Shown piece after piece: positions 33,075-44,579 of a DNA stretch of 64,000 nt. Origin of the DNA: Gemmatimonadales bacterium (lineage in GTDB: Bacteria > Gemmatimonadota > Gemmatimonadetes > Gemmatimonadales > GWC2-71-9); the NCBI GenBank assembly GCA_033764135.1, contig JANRJE010000012.1, positions 67,290-131,289 on the forward strand, given 5' to 3'. The number at the start of each line of letters is the position of its first letter. Position 1 is the first letter of the stretch. The notes beneath the pieces are model-generated. The model was given only the letters and a program-made list of their open reading frames with translations. It searched no databases and was not told where the DNA came from. A program made the translations under genes and the position numbers.

Positions 33075-35168
33075 TCAGCTGGCGAGCTTGTTCGGCTTGA
33101 GCACCAGTGCCTCGATGAAGAACTCCATCATCCGCTGGCCGTTGATGCCGCTGTGTCCCGCATCCGGACCGACCTGCACCTCGAACGACTTGCCCGCCGC
33201 CTGCAGCGCCTTGATGAGCTGCATCGAGTTGTTGGGGTGGACGTTGTCGTCGGCGGTGCCGTAGTAGATCATCAGGCGACCCTTGAGATTCTTGGCGTAC
33301 TCCATCGCGCTGCCCGTCTTGTATCCCTCGGCGTTGGCCTGGGGAGTGTACATGTAGCGCTCGGTGTAGATGGTATCGTAATGATCCCAACTGGTCACCG
33401 CCGAGGACGCCGAGGCGGCAGCGAAGGCATCTGGATGGCGAAGGAGCGCCAGCGCCGAGGTGTAGCCGCCGTACGAGGTGCCGAAGATGCCGACGCGATC
33501 GCCGTCGACATAGGGACGCTGGGCGAGGTATCGTGAGGCTGCCGCGAGATCGTCGACCTCAACCTGCCCCAACTTCTGGTAAATCGCGTCGAGTGCACGC
33601 TTCCCCTTGCCTGCGGCCGAGCGGGCGTCGAGGGTCACCACCAGGAAGCCGTATTCGGTGAGCGGATTGGGACTGGCAAAGGTTTCCCGGGCACCGTTGG
33701 TGGCCGGGCCGGCGTACACGGAAAAGAGCACCGGGTAACGCTTGGCGGGATCGAAGTTGTGTGGCTTGTGGAGCAGTCCGTGCAACGGCGTGACGCCATC
33801 GGCAGCCATGAAGGTGAACAGTTCCACCCGCTTGAGGCCGAGACTGTCAAAGGTGCTCATGTCGCTCTCGGCGATGGTGCCGAGCAGCTTGCCGTTGGCG
33901 TCGAGCAGCCGGGTGGTCGGCGGAGTGTTGTGGGTCTGGGCCACATCGGTGATGAACTTCCGGTCGGGTGAGAGCGTCACCGTGTGGTTGAAGGCCGGGT
34001 CAGTGAGGCGCCGGTCACCCTTGCCATCCAGCCCCACACGGTGCAACTGCATCTTCATGTAGTTGTCGCCGCTCCGGGCGTAGTACCAGAGCTGCCGGGC
34101 CTTCTCGTCGACCTTGACGATGCCGCCCACCTCGAACGGATGATTGGTAAGCGTCGCCAGCAGCTTCCCGCTGATGTCGTAGAGATAGTAATTCGAGAAG
34201 CCGGTCCGCTCCGACTCCCAGATGAAGCGCTTGCCGTCCTCCAGCCAGGTGATCGACGGCGAGTTCTCGGTCCAGCTGGCGGGCCACTCCTCGCGGACAA
34301 TTACCCGGCAGGCGCCGGTGCCGGGATTGCAGGCGGTGAATTCCATGATGTTCTGGCGACGGTTGGTGCGGTTCATCAGCAACTCGCTGCCGTCCGGACT
34401 CCAGGTGATCCGGTAGACGTAGTGGCCGATGACATCGTCAGTGAACGGCCTGCCCTGCCGCACGTCGACGGTGGTGATCTTTCCAGTGGCGACATCGTAC
34501 ACGTAGAGATCTACCACCGGGTTGTCGGTGCCCGCCTTGGGGTACGCCTCGACCATGCTGCTTCCCTGCACCTTGGTCTGATCCATCTGGAGGACGTAGT
34601 CCTTGACCGGATTCTCGTCGAACCGGTAGAAGGCGAGCTTGGTCCCATCCGGGTTCCACCACATGGCAGTGGTCTGGTTCAGTTCCTCGCCGTATACCCA
34701 ACTGGCGGTGCCGTACTTGATGCGCGCCGATTCGCTGCCATCGGTGGTGAGCTGCTTCTCCCCCGAGCCGTCGCCCTTGGAGACGAAAAGGTTCCGGTCG
34801 CGATAGACCGCCTTCATGGCGGAATCCGCGGTCCACGCCTCGGTGGCCTGACGACCACGGGCTACGCCGCCCGGGCGCCGACGACCGAAACCGCCACGAT
34901 CATTCGCGTCCGGGCCCTCCAGCACGACAGCCTGGCGCGCGGCCAGATCGTAGCGCCAGCGCTTGCCGCCCCGCGAGAACTCAAACGACCGGCCGTCCTC
35001 CGCCCATTGGGGCGAGATGTTTCCGGAGACCATCGCTTGTCCCAGCTTGGACGCCATCTCCGTGTACTGGGCGTACCCGGGCATTTCCTTGAGACGATCC
35101 TGGGCCTGGAGCGGAACGGCGAGGGCCAGGAAGAGGAGCAGAGCGGGATTGATGGACCGTTGGGTCAC
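33075..35168 (-). CDS. S9 family dipeptidyl-peptidase IV-like serine peptidase (beta-propeller plus alpha/beta hydrolase)
   Basis: 'GIFGTSYGGYTS' is the GxSxGG nucleophile motif. The C-terminus has D and H in 'GTADDNVHP' and 'DAGHSG'. A GTG at 35168 gives the signal peptide 'VTQRSINPALLLFLALAVPLQAQ', but the start is uncertain (the ORF extends to 35297). Confidence 0.8.
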   Translation of the reverse strand: MTQRSINPALLLFLALAVPLQAQDRLKEMPGYAQYTEMASKLGQAMVSGNISPQWAEDGRSFEFSRGGKRWRYDLAARQAVVLEGPDANDRGGFGRRRPGGVARGRQATEAWTADSAMKAVYRDRNLFVSKGDGSGEKQLTTDGSESARIKYGTASWVYGEELNQTTAMWWNPDGTKLAFYRFDENPVKDYVLQMDQTKVQGSSMVEAYPKAGTDNPVVDLYVYDVATGKITTVDVRQGRPFTDDVIGHYVYRITWSPDGSELLMNRTNRRQNIMEFTACNPGTGACRVIVREEWPASWTENSPSITWLEDGKRFIWESERTGFSNYYLYDISGKLLATLTNHPFEVGGIVKVDEKARQLWYYARSGDNYMKMQLHRVGLDGKGDRRLTDPAFNHTVTLSPDRKFITDVAQTHNTPPTTRLLDANGKLLGTIAESDMSTFDSLGLKRVELFTFMAADGVTPLHGLLHKPHNFDPAKRYPVLFSVYAGPATNGARETFASPNPLTEYGFLVVTLDARSAAGKGKRALDAIYQKLGQVEVDDLAAASRYLAQRPYVDGDRVGIFGTSYGGYTSALALLRHPDAFAAASASSAVTSWDHYDTIYTERYMYTPQANAEGYKTGSAMEYAKNLKGRLMIYYGTADDNVHPNNSMQLIKALQAAGKSFEVQVGPDAGHSGINGQRMMEFFIEALVLKPNKLAS

Positions 35169-35303
35169 GACGGCGACTCCGGGCAAGGGTGAATCGGAAA
35201 TACCACCAGACAGCGAAACCAGATTACCTGATACGCAGCAACCGCCGTCGAGGTTACCGGCGGCGCATCCTGCAACGTGGACCAGCCGGAAAGGCACGCT
35301 GTC

Positions 35304-36605
35304 TCAGGGGAGGACGAGGTCGCCGGGGAGCCGGGGGGTGGACAATAGCCGCTCGAAAGCCCGCCACCGCCCTGGCGCCGTGCCACCACTTTCCCGGTCG
35401 ACCCAGCGGGCCACCATGGCACTGCCCACGTTGTAGTTGATGACGTAGCTGCGGTACTGCTGGATGAAGCGCAGCGTCTTGGCCGCGGCGTCCGGGGGCT
35501 GCAACCAGTAGCGCTCCATCGCGGCCACCGCCGCCGCGCTGTCGATCACCCCGTCCAGGTACCGGCGGGCCACCTCGTTGCGGGCGAAGTTGAGTTCCGT
35601 GAGCAATGCTCCGACCGCCGCATTCTGCTCGGCGATGGTGGGATCCAGGCCGGCCAGCGGGAAGAGGGAGTCGCGTTCGAAGGCGGTGCGCTCGGCACCG
35701 GGAAACGCCATCTCGATCCCGAAGTTGGCTGATCCCTCGGCGATCAGCGACTGGGGCGAGAAGAGCGGGTAAACCGAGACTTCCACCCAACCGCGGCCCC
35801 GGACGAGCTGCTGCTCCAGCGCCGCATTGTAGACGTGATGGCCGGGGTATCCCTCATGACAGGCGAGGTCGACCGCGCGGTCGATGGTGATCGGGAAATC
35901 GAGATTGACCTGGATCAGCGAGTGTGCCCCCCCCTGATACCAGTTGTAGGCATTCCATGAGGTGCCGGTCACGTATTCCAGATCGAATCGCTCGCCAAGC
36001 GGCAAGGCCATGTGCTCCATGGTGCGCGCCCGGCAGGCGGCGATCGCGGTCTTGAAGACGGTGTCGACCCGCGCCGCCGGAATCTCCACTCGCCGCCGGA
36101 ATTCCTGATATCGCCGTGCCAACGGAGCCCGCCCCGGCAGCAGCTCGTCGAGCTCGGCCAGCAGTGAATCGAAGTGCGCATCGGGGATCGTCGGTGGCGT
36201 CACCCCGTATAGTGCGAGCGCCTCCTGATCGAAGGTGAATCGCTCGCCACCAAGCATCCGTGCCCTCGCCGACATCGAGCCGAGCTGGGTCCGGAGGTAG
36301 CGGTGCCGCATCGTCACCAGCGAATCAGAGTAGACCGGTACCGAGTCACCCAGCAGCGCAATCAGAGAATCCGCCGCGGAACCGATCGCCGCCACCGACA
36401 GCGAGTCGGCATCCGCGATTGCCTTGAGCGAATCAGGGCCGTAGTAGGCGTCGACCCAGGCCGGGTCGTGATGGCCCAGCGTCAGCGCCAACACCACATA
36501 GCGCGCGCCTATGGCGTCGAGATCGAGCGGCGGCGGCCCGGCCGGGGCGCATCCAGCGAGCACCGTGGCGAGGAGGAACGAAGCAAGGCGAGGACGACGC
36601 ATCAT
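35304..36605 (-). CDS. Lipoprotein, DUF885-like (putative metallopeptidase-like, motif HEGYPGHH)
   Basis: ATG at 36605 gives 'MMRRPRLASFLLATVLAGC', a lipobox. 'CHEGYPGHHVYNA' resembles the DUF885 signature. The upstream part of the ORF is translated repeat ('IQHPTSNI') and is not real. Confidence 0.6.
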   Translation of the reverse strand: MMRRPRLASFLLATVLAGCAPAGPPPLDLDAIGARYVVLALTLGHHDPAWVDAYYGPDSLKAIADADSLSVAAIGSAADSLIALLGDSVPVYSDSLVTMRHRYLRTQLGSMSARARMLGGERFTFDQEALALYGVTPPTIPDAHFDSLLAELDELLPGRAPLARRYQEFRRRVEIPAARVDTVFKTAIAACRARTMEHMALPLGERFDLEYVTGTSWNAYNWYQGGAHSLIQVNLDFPITIDRAVDLACHEGYPGHHVYNAALEQQLVRGRGWVEVSVYPLFSPQSLIAEGSANFGIEMAFPGAERTAFERDSLFPLAGLDPTIAEQNAAVGALLTELNFARNEVARRYLDGVIDSAAAVAAMERYWLQPPDAAAKTLRFIQQYRSYVINYNVGSAMVARWVDRESGGTAPGRWRAFERLLSTPRLPGDLVLP

Positions 36606-36648
36606 GGCGGCCTGGTGGAGGTGGTGGGGGGAGGGGATAAAGATATCA

Positions 36649-36786
36649 GGAAGGGGTGGACGGGGGTGAAAGGTAAAACGTGAAAGGGGGCGATATGGGA
36701 TGTTGGATGTTGGATGTTGGATGTTGGGGTTGGGGGACGTCGGGGCTGTTTCCAACGTCCAACGTCCAACGTCCAACGTCCAACAT
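36649..36786. repeat. Composite element in a divergent promoter region: GGTGAAAGGTAAAACGTGAAAGG, then (GGATGTTG)x4, spacer, then (CCAACGT)x4-CCAACATCC
   Basis: Read directly. Tandem heptamers with an inverse copy downstream. It sits between the divergent DUF885-like and NfeD genes. Confidence 0.85.
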
Positions 36787-36814
36787 CCCCCCGGCCCCTC
36801 GCCATCCCGGGCCG

Positions 36815-37450
36815 ATGGCGCGATATTCCCTGCTGCTCTCAGATGGGGGTGCCGCGATGCTGTCTGTATACCTGCTCAGCGCGATCCTCGGGGTCGGCCT
36901 GCTGATCTTCTCCTCGCTTGGTGGCGGCGATCACGGCGCGGACCTCGGCGACGGACTGGATACGGACACCGCGGATCTCGGCGATACCGGGGACGGTGGT
37001 GCGGGACAGATCCTGCTGGGGCTCTTCTCCACCCGCAACCTGACCTTCTTCCTGGCGGCGTTCGGCGTGGGCGGGCTGATGCTCCATTACCTGGGCGTTG
37101 CCACGTCGACCACGTTGGTGGTGGCAGCCGGCCTCGGGGCAGCTGCGATGGGGCTCTCGCATGCCCTCTTCACCTGGCTCAAGCGCACCGACGCCGCGGT
37201 GGAGATTTTTGGCGACGCTGACTTTTCCGGGATGCTGGCGCGCGTGGTCCTGCCGATCAGTGCGGGCGAACGCGGCCAGATCGCCTGCACCATCGCCGGG
37301 CGCGAGATGTACCTGACCGCGCAGCTTGATGCCAGCGCACCGGCCGCGCTGCGGGTGGGCGACGAAGTCATTGTTCTCCATGCCGACGCTGGTGTCGCTA
37401 CCGTCATGGCCGCGTCCCAGATTGATCAATCCCCTTTCCCTGAAAGCTGA
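36815..37450 (+). CDS. NfeD-family membrane protein (OB-fold C-terminal domain), partner of the flotillin
   Basis: N-terminal TM helices followed by the C-terminus 'VVLPISAGERGQIACTIAGREMYLTAQLDASAPAALRVGDEVIVLHADAGVATV', an NfeD OB-fold. It is followed 3 bp later by an SPFH gene. ATG at 36815; the alternative ATG at 36857 is possible. Confidence 0.75.
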   Translation: MARYSLLLSDGGAAMLSVYLLSAILGVGLLIFSSLGGGDHGADLGDGLDTDTADLGDTGDGGAGQILLGLFSTRNLTFFLAAFGVGGLMLHYLGVATSTTLVVAAGLGAAAMGLSHALFTWLKRTDAAVEIFGDADFSGMLARVVLPISAGERGQIACTIAGREMYLTAQLDASAPAALRVGDEVIVLHADAGVATVMAASQIDQSPFPES

Positions 37451-37453
37451 CCC

Positions 37454-38725
<1,272 letters not shown>

Positions 38726-38900
38726 GGGGGGGGGATGAACGGGGCCGCCGCGAGGCGGCGGCGGGGTGAAAGGTGAAAGGGGCCGCCGCGAGGCGGCGGC
38801 GGGGTAAGGGGGGTGTTGAATATTGGCGCTTCCCCCGGTGCCAAACATCCAACATCCGATATCCAATATCCAACATCCACCATCCCAACCTGAGCCGCCG
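38726..38900. repeat. Composite element: duplicated hairpin unit GGGCCGCCGCGAGGCGGCGGCGGGGT(GAAAGGTGAAAG) x2, then (CAACATCC/GATATCC/AATATCC) heptamer run
   Basis: Read directly. Between the flotillin gene and the beta-propeller lipoprotein gene (same strand). Confidence 0.8.
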
Positions 38901-40004
38901 ATGTCCCTGCGCCACGCGATCCTCCTCCTGGCCCTGTCGGGCTGTGGCGCCGACAAGCGGCCCGCCTACACCATCGAGACTCTCCCGGGTGGTGTCGTCC
39001 ACGTGGTCAACCACGGGCCGAGCGGCTGGGCGGACACCCTGGGATGGAAGATCGTGCTGGAAGCCGAGCGGACCATTCCCGCCGACAGCGTCGGGGCGCT
39101 CAGCCGGCCGAACTACCCACACCAACTCGCCAATGGCGAGATCGTCGTCCTTGACCAGGGCGAGATGTTCGTGCAGCGATACGATGCCGACTTCAATCCC
39201 ATCGGTCAGTTCGGTCGGCGGGGAAGCGGTCCGGGAGAATTCGTCAACCCGGGTGTTCGCGGTATGGGCGACTCGATCGCGGTCGTCGAGGGGAGCCGTT
39301 CGGCTCTGGTCCTCCTGACCGGCGACGGCAGCTTCCTGTATGAAGCTCAGCTCCCCACTTTTACCGACTGGATCGGGCACCGCGACAAGAAAGGGCGCCT
39401 GCCGCTGCTGGGACGGTACGCCCCCAACAGCGAGGCCGGAGTGATGTGGTGGTCGATCGCCGAGCGGCGGGTGGTCGATTCGATCATCGGTCCTGCGGGA
39501 CCCGAGATGCGGATGTGGGAGTCATGCGCGTTCGTGATCCCCTATCAACCATCCCTGGGGCTGGTCCCGACACTCGACGGCAATGCCTGGTGGGGGGTGA
39601 GCGACGCCGATCGATTCATCCTGACCCGGACCGGCTCCGATACACTGCGCATTGTTGAAACACCCGACCGCCCAAGGTATCCGGTTCCGAGCCAGCGCAT
39701 CGACGAGGACCTCGACCCGGAACGGGGAATCGGCAAGTTCTGCCGCGACATGAAACGCAGCGACTTCCCCACCACGCTCCCGGCGTGGAACGGCCTGGAG
39801 ATCGATGGGGATGGTAATCTCTGGGTGCGCCGCCCTTCGGGATTCGATGTGTACGACCCGGACGGTCGGTGGCTCGGGGAGGTCCCACCTGCCTACAACA
39901 CCGATGACGGATGGCCCTACTGGAGCGGCGATGTGATCCTGACAGCCAAGCCGGAGGATGATGGCGGGATGACGCTGAGGCGGTATCGGATTCGGCGAGA
40001 TTGA
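38901..40004 (+). CDS. Beta-propeller lipoprotein (NHL/6-bladed-propeller-like). Paralog of 42011-43093
   Basis: ATG at 38901 gives 'MSLRHAILLLALSGCG', a lipobox. It shares the 'G(S/A)GPGEF' motif and overall pattern with the downstream paralog. The overlapping minus-strand ORF 38646-39380 is rejected. Confidence 0.7.
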   Translation: MSLRHAILLLALSGCGADKRPAYTIETLPGGVVHVVNHGPSGWADTLGWKIVLEAERTIPADSVGALSRPNYPHQLANGEIVVLDQGEMFVQRYDADFNPIGQFGRRGSGPGEFVNPGVRGMGDSIAVVEGSRSALVLLTGDGSFLYEAQLPTFTDWIGHRDKKGRLPLLGRYAPNSEAGVMWWSIAERRVVDSIIGPAGPEMRMWESCAFVIPYQPSLGLVPTLDGNAWWGVSDADRFILTRTGSDTLRIVETPDRPRYPVPSQRIDEDLDPERGIGKFCRDMKRSDFPTTLPAWNGLEIDGDGNLWVRRPSGFDVYDPDGRWLGEVPPAYNTDDGWPYWSGDVILTAKPEDDGGMTLRRYRIRRD

Positions 40005-40263
40005 TTGGTGGATGTTGGATGTTGGATTTTGGATGTTGGATTGGATGTTGGCTGCTCTAGGTGGTACGCCCCTCGTCCCGACCGGAGGGCCTGCGCTGAG
40101 CGGACGCGAAGCGAGGGACCTCGGCAGCCGCCCCCGCTCCGACCGGCCAACCTCCGATATCCAACCTCCAACATCCAACATCCAATATCCAACCTCCAAC
40201 CTCCAACCTCCAACCTCCAACATCCAAAATCCACCATCCACCTCCGCCATTATCTTCCCCCCC
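40005..40263. repeat. Large composite element: (GGATGTTG)-type tandem arm, the core CCCTCGTCCCGACCGGAGGGCC and a GC hairpin, then a (CAACCTC/CAACATC/CAATATC) x~12 tandem arm
   Basis: Read directly. The heptamer run 'ccaacctccgatatccaacctccaacatccaacatccaatatccaacctccaacctccaacctccaacctccaacatccaaaatcc' lies downstream. The core motif is shared with 43714 and 63861. Confidence 0.9.
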
Positions 40264-41940
<1,677 letters not shown>

Positions 41941-42000
41941 GTCGTAGGTCGTAGGTCGCAGGTCGTAGGACTCAGGTCACCGACACTCGATTGTGGTAGG
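41941..42000. repeat. (GTCGTAG)x4 tandem heptamer element, the same unit as at 12911
   Basis: 'gtcgtaggtcgtaggtcgcaggtcgtagg' begins at the ettA stop codon and is followed by the RBS AGGAGG of the next gene. Confidence 0.8.
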
Positions 42001-42010
42001 AGGGGATCAG

Positions 42011-43093
42011 GTGAAGGGCTCGTTGTGGCTCGCGATTGCCATTGGCTGCGCCGCATGCGGTGGGACTGAGTCGATTCCCTCCGATGGCCCTGCGCTGCTC
42101 GAGGCCTCGCTCGCGTTGGACCTGCCGATGGGTGACGACGATTCGGTGCTGGTCGGCTCGCTCCAGGACGCGACCCGCCTGAGCGATGGTCGTCTCGCCC
42201 TCCTCGACCTCGACCGCAAGGCCGTGGTCCTCCTGACGCCAGAGGGGAAGTTGCTCGGGGTTACAGGACGCGACGGCGCGGGCCCCGGAGAATTCCAGTC
42301 GCCGCTGTGGCTCGGGCGCTGCGTTGCGGATACTCTCTATGTCTGGGATCGCGGGTTGGATCGGGTATCGATCCTTTCGCCCGAGGGCGATCTGGTGCGC
42401 GAGTTCAGACCGGCGATCACCGCCCCGTTCCGGCCGGAGTGCCTTCCGGACGGTCGCTTCGTGACTTTGGACGCTCGCGCCGGTTCCAACTACTCTCGTG
42501 CCACCAGCACCAATGCCCCGCGAATCCACGGTGCGCTGGTGGTGATGTCACGCGCCGGCGATTCGCTGGCAGCCATCCCGGGGCTCGTGCTTGGTCAGTC
42601 GAAAACGATCGGCGAACTCGCCGACATGGCGGTGTTGTCCGATCGGGTAGTCATCGGCCTGAACTCCTCACCGGAGCTCTCGACCTACAGTCTGGAGGCC
42701 GCGTTGCTGGGCCGCGACACCGTGCCAGTGGTTCCTGAGGTCTGGAGCGACCAGCGGTATGAAGCGATGGTCACGCGACAGGCAGCCAGCACCGGAGGCG
42801 ACTCCACCATGCGCGCGATGATCCGCAAGATGATCATTGCAGAGGGAAAGTCGGCCGCAGCGCCGCTGTTCCAAACAATGCACGGTTCGCCCGACGGACT
42901 GGTGTGGTGGGTGACATCGCTCCCGGTGGACTCCGCGACCACGCTCGTTGGTTTCCGCGATGGAGCTCCGGTCTTTGAATTGGCGCTGCCGGCGGAGATC
43001 GAGCCGTTCGAGATCGGCACCGACTACCTGCTGGGTCGTCGTCTTGACCAGGAAGGCCTGGAGCATCTGGTGCTGTACCGATGGCAGCCATGA
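42011..43093 (+). CDS. Beta-propeller lipoprotein. Paralog of 38901-40004
   Basis: A GTG at 42011 with AGGAGG 7 nt upstream gives '(M)KGSLWLAIAIGCAACGG', a lipobox. Motif 'RDGAGPGEFQSP'. Confidence 0.7.
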   Translation: MKGSLWLAIAIGCAACGGTESIPSDGPALLEASLALDLPMGDDDSVLVGSLQDATRLSDGRLALLDLDRKAVVLLTPEGKLLGVTGRDGAGPGEFQSPLWLGRCVADTLYVWDRGLDRVSILSPEGDLVREFRPAITAPFRPECLPDGRFVTLDARAGSNYSRATSTNAPRIHGALVVMSRAGDSLAAIPGLVLGQSKTIGELADMAVLSDRVVIGLNSSPELSTYSLEAALLGRDTVPVVPEVWSDQRYEAMVTRQAASTGGDSTMRAMIRKMIIAEGKSAAAPLFQTMHGSPDGLVWWVTSLPVDSATTLVGFRDGAPVFELALPAEIEPFEIGTDYLLGRRLDQEGLEHLVLYRWQP

Positions 43094-43149
43094 CCGACGA
43101 GATTCATTCCCCGAGGTTGGACCGGCTTGGCCACAGCCGCTCTGGCGGC

Positions 43150-43230
43150 CCGGGAACCCGGCCGGGGCATTGGCGCGTATGATGTAGTGGATGTTGGATG
43201 CTGGATGCTGGATGTTGGTGCAATGTGCGG
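43150..43230. repeat. (GGATGTTG/GGATGCTG)x4 tandem element upstream of copC
   Basis: 'gtagtggatgttggatgctggatgctggatgttggtg' was read directly. Confidence 0.8.
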
Positions 43231-43283
43231 ATTGGTTCCGCCGCCGCGTCCCAAAGACTGTGACTCTACCGATGAGGAACCCG

Positions 43284-43676
43284 ATGACCACCCTGCTCCG
43301 CCGTACCATGATTGCTGCCAGTCTCGCCGCGCTGGCGCTCGCCGCCGCTCCCCGCGCCGGTCAGGGCACCATGCTCCACCTCCGGCTGACCTCCTCGATT
43401 CCCGCCAAGGACAGCGTGATCAGCGCGGCGCCGACCTCACTGACGCTGACCTACTCGCAGCAGCCCAACCTCAAGCTCTCCAAGGTGACGCTCAAGAGTG
43501 CCACCGGCGATGTCGTGGCCACCGGCCAGATCGCCCTGGGCGGCACCGACTCGACCTCGCTGCTGGTGCCGGTGACGGGAATGATGTCGGCCGGCAGCTA
43601 CACCATCAGTTGGGTGACCGCGAGCGACGACGGGCACGCGATCAAGGGGACGATTCCGTTCACGCTGGCGCGGTAG
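43284..43676 (+). CDS. copC: CopC-domain periplasmic copper-binding protein
   Basis: ATG at 43284 with an RBS GAGGAA. A signal peptide, then 'MLHLRLTSSIPAKDSVISAAPTSLTLTYSQQ...SYTISWVTASDDGHAIKGTIPFTL', the CopC fold signature (H at the mature N-terminus, D-x-H). Confidence 0.8.
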   Translation: MTTLLRRTMIAASLAALALAAAPRAGQGTMLHLRLTSSIPAKDSVISAAPTSLTLTYSQQPNLKLSKVTLKSATGDVVATGQIALGGTDSTSLLVPVTGMMSAGSYTISWVTASDDGHAIKGTIPFTLAR

Positions 43677-43870
43677 AAAGAGAGAAGGAGAGAAAGAGAG
43701 AAAGAGAGAAAGGCCCTCGTCCCGACCGTAGGGAGGGACCCCGGCAAGTGCCACCACCCGGTGGTTGGACAGTCCAAGGTGGTGGGTAGTGCCGAGGTCC
43801 CTCGCGTCGCTCGGGACGAGGGAGTCCGCCCTCTCCTTCTCTCCTTCTCTCCTTTTCTCTTTCTCTCTTT
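43677..43870. repeat. A 194-bp nested palindromic element: GA-rich arm (GAGAGAAAG)n, the core CCCTCGTCCCGACCGTAGGGAGGGACC, internal hairpins, the inverse core CTCGGGACGAGGGAGTCC, then a TC-rich arm. It fills the copC/PCu(A)C convergent gap
   Basis: Read directly. The arms are the same type as at 466-546. The core is shared with 40069 and 63861. Confidence 0.9.
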
Positions 43871-43873
43871 ACT

Positions 43874-44422
43874 TTACTTCAGCCGCTCCAGCAGCTCGTA
43901 ACCCACCACCGGCAACAGCAGCTCCACCTCGCCGGCATTGGCGAACTTCAGCACCACCGCCACCGTGTCTCCCGCCACCACGCGCCGGCGCAACTGCTCC
44001 AGCATCAGGTGCATCCCGCCGGGCGCCATCAACAGCGAGTCGCCGGCCGGGATCACCAGCTCCGACAGCATGGTCATTCCCCCCCCCTGTCCTGAGCCGG
44101 ACGAAGGGCCGTCCGCGCTACCGTGCAGCCGCACCGTGCCCGCCGCCTCGCTCCGGACACCCAGCAGGGTGTCGGCAGTGGCACCGAGGTTGACGATCCG
44201 CAAGTAGCCGGGAAGCGGCGCGTTGGTGAACGGTTGCAACCCCCAGGCGGCGCGGAGGCGGATCGAGCCGGCCACGGTTTCGCTGGCGCGGATTCCCTCC
44301 ATCACCGGGTCGGGAGCCGAGCAGGCAAGCGTCACTCCCAGCATCATGGCGGGGAGCGCGATGGCGCCCAGTTTGAGAAGCTTCGGGCCGACCACCACGG
44401 AGACAGATTGGAGTTGAGGCAT
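43874..44422 (-). CDS. PCu(A)C-type (DUF461) periplasmic copper chaperone lipoprotein
   Basis: ATG at 44422 gives 'MPQLQSVSVVVGPKLLKLGAIALPAMMLGVTLACS', a lipobox. The C-terminus '...MLSELVIPAGDSLLMAPGGMHLMLEQL...VVLKFANAGEVEL' has the PCuAC M/H copper motif. Confidence 0.75.
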   Translation of the reverse strand: MPQLQSVSVVVGPKLLKLGAIALPAMMLGVTLACSAPDPVMEGIRASETVAGSIRLRAAWGLQPFTNAPLPGYLRIVNLGATADTLLGVRSEAAGTVRLHGSADGPSSGSGQGGGMTMLSELVIPAGDSLLMAPGGMHLMLEQLRRRVVAGDTVAVVLKFANAGEVELLLPVVGYELLERLK

Positions 44423-44579
44423 CCCTGAATTGTAGCAGCACCGGGCCGGGATCAGCCCCAGCGGAGCTGCATTGATCCGGTCCGATCGGCGGGGCTGGTG
44501 GCAATGGTAGATTACGGCGGAGATCACCACCAGCCCAAACATGGTCGAACGCTCTGTCGTTCGACCGGAGAACGCATAG

